From positions 1-11,992 of the forward strand of contig JBBQYG010000129.1 of assembly GCA_038208905.1 (NCBI GenBank): a DNA stretch of 11,992 nt. Reading direction: 5' to 3'. The stretch comes from Candidatus Sumerlaeia bacterium (lineage in GTDB: Bacteria; Sumerlaeota; Sumerlaeia; SLMS01). Shown here piece by piece: positions 7,803-11,992 of this stretch (position 1 is its first letter; every line of letters starts with the position of its first letter). Made by a program: the position numbers and the translations under genes. The notes under the pieces were generated by a model. That model was not told where the DNA came from, did not search any database, and saw only the letters and a list, made by a program, of their open reading frames with translations.

Positions 7803-8132
7803 TCATCGCAGGATGTCGAAGGAATCGAACTTGGGATCGACCGTTTGCCAGTCGAGGCGTATGTCGCTTACGTGGGCGAGCACGGGGCCACGATAGAGAT
7901 CGGTGAGGAACTCGGTGAGGGCCAACTCGTCGGCCTCCGCGTGGACCTCCACGGTGCCGTTGGGGCGATTGCGAACCCAACCGCGGATGCCGTGGCGGAT
8001 GGCGGCCTCGCGGCAGAATATGCGATAGCCGACGCGTTGCACGCGCCCACGAACCACCGCGTGGAAGCAGTTGGGCTGCTCCTCCTCGTTGGTGGAATCG
8101 CGCCGGTCGAGTCCGGCGCCGCCGTGGCTCAT
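7803..8132 (-). CDS. acyP: Acylphosphatase
   Basis: 109 aa. V.GRVQRVGYR (catalytic Arg) and GIRGWVRNRPNGTVEV.AE (catalytic Asn), GP..A.V, C-terminal FDI. SD GAGGTG (8143-8138) overlaps the stop of the upstream regulator. Confidence 0.93.
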   Translation of the reverse strand: MSHGGAGLDRRDSTNEEEQPNCFHAVVRGRVQRVGYRIFCREAAIRHGIRGWVRNRPNGTVEVHAEADELALTEFLTDLYRGPVLAHVSDIRLDWQTVDPKFDSFDILR

Positions 8133-8141
8133 CGCGTCACC

Positions 8142-9569
8142 TCAACTCTCCGGTTGGTTGCCATACTTGCGATTCACCTCATCCTCCATGCCGAACTTGC
8201 GGAGGCGGTATCCCAGCGTGCGCCGGGTGATATTGAGGATGCGTGCCGCGCGCGTGCGGTTGCCGCGCGTTTTCTCCAGAGCCTGCATCAGGCAACTTTT
8301 CTCGATGTCCTCCAGCGAGGCGTGGCCGACGGCGCCCGAGAGATTCCCGGAAAGCCCCGCGCCATTCCCCGAGCGATCCTGCACCGCGGCGGGGAGGTCC
8401 TGAACGCCGATGCGCGTCGGATCGCCAAGGACGATGGAGTGCTCGATGGCATTCTCGAGCTCGCGGATGTTTCCCGGCCACGCATACTGGCGCAGCGCCT
8501 CCAGCGCCTCCGCGGAAAAGGAGGGAACCATGCCGCGCGGGGCGAAGCGCTTCGCAAAATGCGTCACGAGAAACTGCAAGTCCTCCGGGCGATCGCGCAG
8601 CGGCGGCAGCACCAGCGGCACCACATTCAGGCGGTAGTAGAGGTCCTGGCGGAACTCGCCAGTCTCGATCATCTTCTCCAGCGGCCTGTTGGTCGCGGCC
8701 AGCACGCGCACATCCACGCGGCGGACGGTCGAATCACCGACGGGGTGGAACTCGCCCTGCTGCAATACTCGGAGCAACTTCACCTGAAGCGGCGGCGTGA
8801 CCTCGCCGATTTCGTCCAACAGGATCGTCCCGCCATTGGCCGTGGCGAAGTGCCCTTCGCGGTCGGAGGTGGCGCCGGTGAAGCTCCCGCGCACATGGCC
8901 AAACAGCTCGCTCTCCAGCAGGTTCTCCGGCAGCGCGCCGCAATTGACCTTCACATAGGGCGCCCTGGCGCGGGGGCTGTTGGCCTGGATGAAATCCGCT
9001 AGGACTTCCTTTCCTGTGCCGCTTTCCCCGCGCAAAAGGACAGAGGCGTTGCTGCCGGCCACCTTGCGGGCCTTGCGGAGAATCTCCTCCATCGCGGCGC
9101 TGGCGAATGGAACTTCGAGGCGCGGCGACTTCGACTCGTCGCCGCTGCGCGACGCGGGCTCGGGGGCAACACGCGCGGCCGTCGCGCGCTCCTCGCGGGC
9201 TTCGCCGCCGGAAAGCAGACGCGCCAGCAGTGGCTTGAGTTCGTCCTCCGCGCTGACGGGCTTGGGAAGGTAATCCACGGCGCCGCGCTTCATTGCCTCG
9301 CGCACGGTATCCACGGAGGCATAGGCGGTCATCAGGATCACGGCGATTCCCGGGTCGATCTTGCGGACGCGATCAAGCACCTCCAGCCCATCCATACCCG
9401 GCATCCGCAGGTCTGTCAGCAGGACATCGTAGGGCTTGGCGCGAAGGTCCTCCAAGGCGAGGAGCGGATTGGTGTGGCCATAAGCCTCGTAGCCAGAACG
9501 CTCCAGGGAGCGAACCAGCAGCGTCACCATCTTCTCTTCATCGTCCAGGATCAGGATTCTGCCAGGCAT
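8142..9569 (-). CDS. Sigma54-dependent NtrC/AtoC/ZraR-family response regulator (REC-AAA+-Fis HTH)
   Basis: [21 protein letters not shown] (phospho-Asp), MTAY, YLPKP. AAA+: Walker [24 protein letters not shown] (GAFTGA variant), Walker [58 protein letters not shown]. Start set at ATG 9569 (MPGRILIL), where REC begins, not ORF-track 9641. Confidence 0.95.
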   Translation of the reverse strand: MPGRILILDDEEKMVTLLVRSLERSGYEAYGHTNPLLALEDLRAKPYDVLLTDLRMPGMDGLEVLDRVRKIDPGIAVILMTAYASVDTVREAMKRGAVDYLPKPVSAEDELKPLLARLLSGGEAREERATAARVAPEPASRSGDESKSPRLEVPFASAAMEEILRKARKVAGSNASVLLRGESGTGKEVLADFIQANSPRARAPYVKVNCGALPENLLESELFGHVRGSFTGATSDREGHFATANGGTILLDEIGEVTPPLQVKLLRVLQQGEFHPVGDSTVRRVDVRVLAATNRPLEKMIETGEFRQDLYYRLNVVPLVLPPLRDRPEDLQFLVTHFAKRFAPRGMVPSFSAEALEALRQYAWPGNIRELENAIEHSIVLGDPTRIGVQDLPAAVQDRSGNGAGLSGNLSGAVGHASLEDIEKSCLMQALEKTRGNRTRAARILNITRRTLGYRLRKFGMEDEVNRKYGNQPES

Positions 9570-9680
9570 TTCAGACCCATTCGGTGGATTTCCCGTCGCC
9601 AAGCGGGCGACAGTCTGGATTCGCCCTCCTCGCGAATGCAAGGGTTTGGCGCGCCCGAAATCATCCGATCAGCTGTTCGA

Positions 9681-9765
9681 TGCCCATTTTCCACTGGAGG
9701 CCCGGGCAATGGAATGCCATTTTTCCGCCCAGGCTTAGTTGGAGTAATTCGCGGGAAAGTGGACA
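9681..9765. promoter_or_regulatory. Three related TGyCCAyTTTcC-like motifs in the divergent intergenic region (candidate transcription-factor sites)
   Basis: tgcccattttccac (9681-9694), tgccatttttccgc (9715-9728), and inverted tgtccactttcccgc (minus strand, 9765-9751). Confidence 0.35.
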
Positions 9766-9772
9766 GCGCACC

Positions 9773-10483
9773 ATGCCGATGGAAATTATGCAGGAATCCA
9801 AGGACGATGTGGTGATCCTGACTCCGAAGATGGGCCCAGGAGAGACCGATCGGCAGTCCATCGTACCGCTCCGCAACGAGTTGAACCGCGTCGTGGTGGA
9901 GGGCTTTCGCAAGGTGGCCATCAATCTGGAGCACGTGGACATGATCAACTCCTCGGAGATCGGGACGCTGATTGGCTGTTTCCGCGGCATCGCCGACCGC
10001 GACGGCGCCTTGATTGTCTGCGGCCTGCGGCTTCGGGTCATCGAGGTGCTGTCGATCACCAAGATGCTCGGCGTGTTCCCAATACGTGTCACGCTCAACG
10101 AGACCGTGGTGGAACTCGCCAAGCTCAAGGTGGGAAAGGGAATCTCCAACAAGCTGGTGCAAATGAATCCCACGCTCGACCAGATGCGCAAGTGGTGGGA
10201 CTCGGTTACGCAGAAGCAGTCGAGGCCCGCCGCCCCCGCGCCAGCGCAGGAGCCCGTTGCGGAAGTTCCTGTGGCGGAGGCCCCAGTCGCCCCGGTCGCG
10301 GTGCCAACGGATTCCACCCCGCCGCTGACCGATTCGCAGGAGTCGTGGCTGGAGGCCCTGGCACTGGTCTCCGCAGTGCGCGCCTATTGCGAGGCGCGGG
10401 GGATTCCGTTCGAGATGGAAATGACGCTGAAGGAACTGGTCAGCCGCTCGGCCCTGCAATTGGCCGGGAAAAAGCAGGGGTAA
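9773..10483 (+). CDS. STAS-domain anti-sigma-factor antagonist (SpoIIAA/RsbV-like) with C-terminal extension
   Basis: MEI.....DVVILTP, RKVAINLEHVDMINSSEIGTLI, GALIVCGL..RVIEVLSITKMLGVFPI follow the STAS pattern. Then about 120 extra residues including a Pro/Ala/Val linker. Start is ATG 9773 or 9779; ORF-track start 9293 overlaps the opposite gene and is rejected. Confidence 0.85.
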   Translation: MPMEIMQESKDDVVILTPKMGPGETDRQSIVPLRNELNRVVVEGFRKVAINLEHVDMINSSEIGTLIGCFRGIADRDGALIVCGLRLRVIEVLSITKMLGVFPIRVTLNETVVELAKLKVGKGISNKLVQMNPTLDQMRKWWDSVTQKQSRPAAPAPAQEPVAEVPVAEAPVAPVAVPTDSTPPLTDSQESWLEALALVSAVRAYCEARGIPFEMEMTLKELVSRSALQLAGKKQG

Positions 10484-10502
10484 TTTGGGAAGGAGTGGAA
10501 GG

Positions 10503-10577
10503 TGGTACGGCCAACGGGATTTGAACCCGTGTTACCGCCGTGAAAGGGCGGTGTCCTGACCCCTAGACGATGGCCGC
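10503..10577 (-). tRNA. tRNA-Glu (anticodon UUC), CCA encoded
   Basis: Minus strand reads GCGGCCA TC GTCTAGGGGTCAGGAC A CCGCC CT-TTC-AC GGCGG TAAC ACGGG TTCAAAT CCCGT TGGCCGT A CCA: 75 nt, complete cloverleaf, G1-U72 wobble pair. Confidence 0.98.
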
Positions 10578-10612
10578 ACACTTGGCCGGGCGGGGTCGCC
10601 CGGCGCGCGGGG

Positions 10613-10642
10613 AGTGAAAGGGAACAGCGGGGCCGCTGTCAA
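10613..10642 (-). promoter_or_regulatory. Candidate sigma70-type promoter for tRNA-Glu
   Basis: Perfect TTGACA (10642-10637), 18 nt spacer, weak -10 TTCACT (10618-10613), then a GC-rich discriminator-like stretch, 35 nt upstream of the tRNA. Confidence 0.45.
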
Positions 10643-10666
10643 GCGCGGCTTCGCGACTATTTCGGG

Positions 10667-10951
10667 TCAGGGGGCAACAGTGCGGCGGACGAAGTCCACC
10701 CGGTTGTCTTCGCGCTGGGGCGAATAGTCGTAGTACCAGAGGAACACGTTCTTGCCGTCGGAACTCGACGTGAGGAAAAACGTGTCGCGCCCGAGGAAGT
10801 AGAGCCCTGTCTGGTCCTGCAGCGGGTTCGCGGAGACTGCGGGGATCATTGCGGCTCCCCCGCCGCGCCCGCCCATCAGCGCCACCGCGTTGGCGAACAG
10901 CGCCAGCGCGAGGAGTAGTATCGATCCGATCAGCATTCGGTTGGCCTGCAT
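10667..10951 (-). CDS. Small exported or membrane-anchored hypothetical protein
   Basis: 94 aa. Perfect SD AGGAGG (10963-10958) 6 nt before the ATG. N-terminal hydrophobic helix (LIGSILLLALALFANAVALM), Gly linker, AVSA possible cleavage site, beta-rich C-terminus. Confidence 0.8.
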   Translation of the reverse strand: MQANRMLIGSILLLALALFANAVALMGGRGGGAAMIPAVSANPLQDQTGLYFLGRDTFFLTSSSDGKNVFLWYYDYSPQREDNRVDFVRRTVAP

Positions 10952-10972
10952 GGGAGCCCTCCTGGAATTGGG

Positions 10973-11992
10973 TCAGTTGGCGGCGGATTGGCGCGTGGGC
11001 GTGGTGAGCTCGAAAAGTTCCCTGATCGAAGGAATGCTTCCCGTGTGCTGCTTCACGACGGTTCCCTGTGGATCAACGAGGAGCAGCGCAGGCGTGCCGC
11101 GCACTCCATACTCCGCGAGCGCCGCGCGGCCGGCCTCGCCATCGAGATAGGTGGATTCGGCATTCATCGTCATCTGGCGATAGCGCGAGGTCCTCATATT
11201 GAAGCGCAGATTGACGTCCTCCTCGCGATCGCCACTGGTGATGACAAGAAGGGCGAGCCTCCCTGAGTCGCGCGCTCGGGCGAGAGTCTCCTGAACGGAG
11301 CGCCGCGCTGGCTGGGCCGCAGCCTTCTCGTAGAAGCGAAGCGTCTGTTCCTTCTCGGTCACCACCTGCGCCGGGAAGAACTTGGGGAGATTGTAGCCCG
11401 CGACGCGAAGCGTTCCCTCGCGGCCGGTCGGAGCGATCACGAGGATGCGGCTGTTGCCAGGATCCACAAGAAGAGCGCGCACCTCCGCCGGCGGTTGCGA
11501 CAGATAGTACTCCAGCCAGAGAGTCCGGCTGCCATCGGGACGCTCGAGCTGCGAAAAAACTGTCATCGAGGTGGGCAGGTCGCCGGACTGCAACGGGAGC
11601 GGCCTTCGTTGGGCCAGGAACGTCGAGGCGCCGAATGACGTCCCCACGGAACTCGATAGCCGGGGAGTCACGGGAATGTATTGGTCAGTCCATGCGCCGA
11701 ACGTCGTCTGGTCAAAAGGCACGCCCTCGGTGGTGTAATTCGGCGGCGCATTGTCTCCCGCGCCGATCCGACCGCCTGCTGTCATCAGCATTCCCTTTCC
11801 GACAAGGACGCAATAGTCGCGACGCGCACCCGATGGGCGGGGGATCTCGATCCAGCGGAAGAGTTCCTCGGCCTGCACCAGATTCGCCGCCCAGCCGCCG
11901 GGCGAAAGATCGCCCTCGCGTGACCACTCGTCTAGGACGAGGACGTACTCACCCATCACCATCAGTTCGCGAACGCGGACTGCATCGGGAAC
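10973..11992 (-). CDS. C-terminal part of a hypothetical protein ending in a thioredoxin-like domain lacking CxxC (5' end outside window)
   Basis: The frame stays open from ORF-track start 11962 to the window edge (VPDAVRVREL...). C-terminus LARARDSGRLALLVI...ALAEYGVRGTPALLLVDPQGTVVKQHTG matches the thioredoxin-family pattern. Confidence 0.75.
   Translation of the reverse strand, partial: VPDAVRVRELMVMGEYVLVLDEWSREGDLSPGGWAANLVQAEELFRWIEIPRPSGARRDYCVLVGKGMLMTAGGRIGAGDNAPPNYTTEGVPFDQTTFGAWTDQYIPVTPRLSSSVGTSFGASTFLAQRRPLPLQSGDLPTSMTVFSQLERPDGSRTLWLEYYLSQPPAEVRALLVDPGNSRILVIAPTGREGTLRVAGYNLPKFFPAQVVTEKEQTLRFYEKAAAQPARRSVQETLARARDSGRLALLVITSGDREEDVNLRFNMRTSRYRQMTMNAESTYLDGEAGRAALAEYGVRGTPALLLVDPQGTVVKQHTGSIPSIRELFELTTPTRQSAAN

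Noticed and set aside
8872..8895. GSFTGA instead of GAFTGA as a sign of a sigma54-independent regulator
   Set aside because: GSFTGA is a common functional variant; the critical F and T are present.
7767..9002. 411-aa plus-strand ORF
   Set aside because: Antisense shadow of the conserved AAA+ regulator and acyP; long stop-free antisense frames are expected at high GC; no protein motifs.
9624..9631. Strong SD-like GAGGAGGG on the minus strand upstream of the regulator
   Set aside because: No ATG/GTG/TTG at a usable distance; it lies about 55 nt from ATG 9569, within a possible promoter spacer.
9706..9719. Sigma54 -24/-12-like TGGCATTCCATTGC on the minus strand upstream of the regulator
   Set aside because: Only 9 nt separate GG and GC; sigma54 promoters need 10. 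The plus-strand reading with 10-nt spacing (CGGGCAATGGAATGC) matches the consensus poorly.
9293..9772. 160-aa N-terminal extension of the STAS ORF (and the 24-aa extension of the regulator to 9641)
   Set aside because: The STAS extension overlaps the oppositely oriented REC domain; domain homology starts at 9773/9779 for STAS and at 9569 for the regulator.
9551..10459. 302-aa and 218-aa minus-strand ORFs across the STAS gene
   Set aside because: Antisense shadows with no recognisable features.
10484..10530. tRNA-Glu 3' end as an integration (att) site
   Set aside because: No duplicate of the tRNA 3' end, no integrase and no obvious compositional shift in this window.

Overview
GC-rich bacterial chromosomal window, densely coding, with no mobile element, CRISPR array or rRNA that I can support. 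Order: partial membrane-protein gene (+) / GH63-MGH1-like (alpha/alpha)6 glycoside hydrolase homolog (-) / secreted peptidase-M15A-like protein (-) / divergent single-pass membrane protein with a TPR at each end and a long disordered tail, FimV/HubP-like in architecture (+) / a tightly coupled four-gene minus-strand operon (NtrC-family sigma54 response regulator, acylphosphatase, CE4 polysaccharide deacetylase, GT-C membrane glycosyltransferase) / divergent STAS anti-anti-sigma-like protein with a C-terminal extension (+) / tRNA-Glu(UUC) (-) / small exported protein (-) / partial gene ending in a thioredoxin-like domain (-). Most notable: three enzyme-fold proteins appear to lack catalytic residues (M15A Zn ligands, GH63 GxDN acid, thioredoxin CxxC), and a response regulator with no kinase in the window is coupled to an acylphosphatase and surface-glycan enzymes. 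All family calls rest on motifs recognised by eye; no database search was run. I cannot claim a proven new system, only testable candidates.
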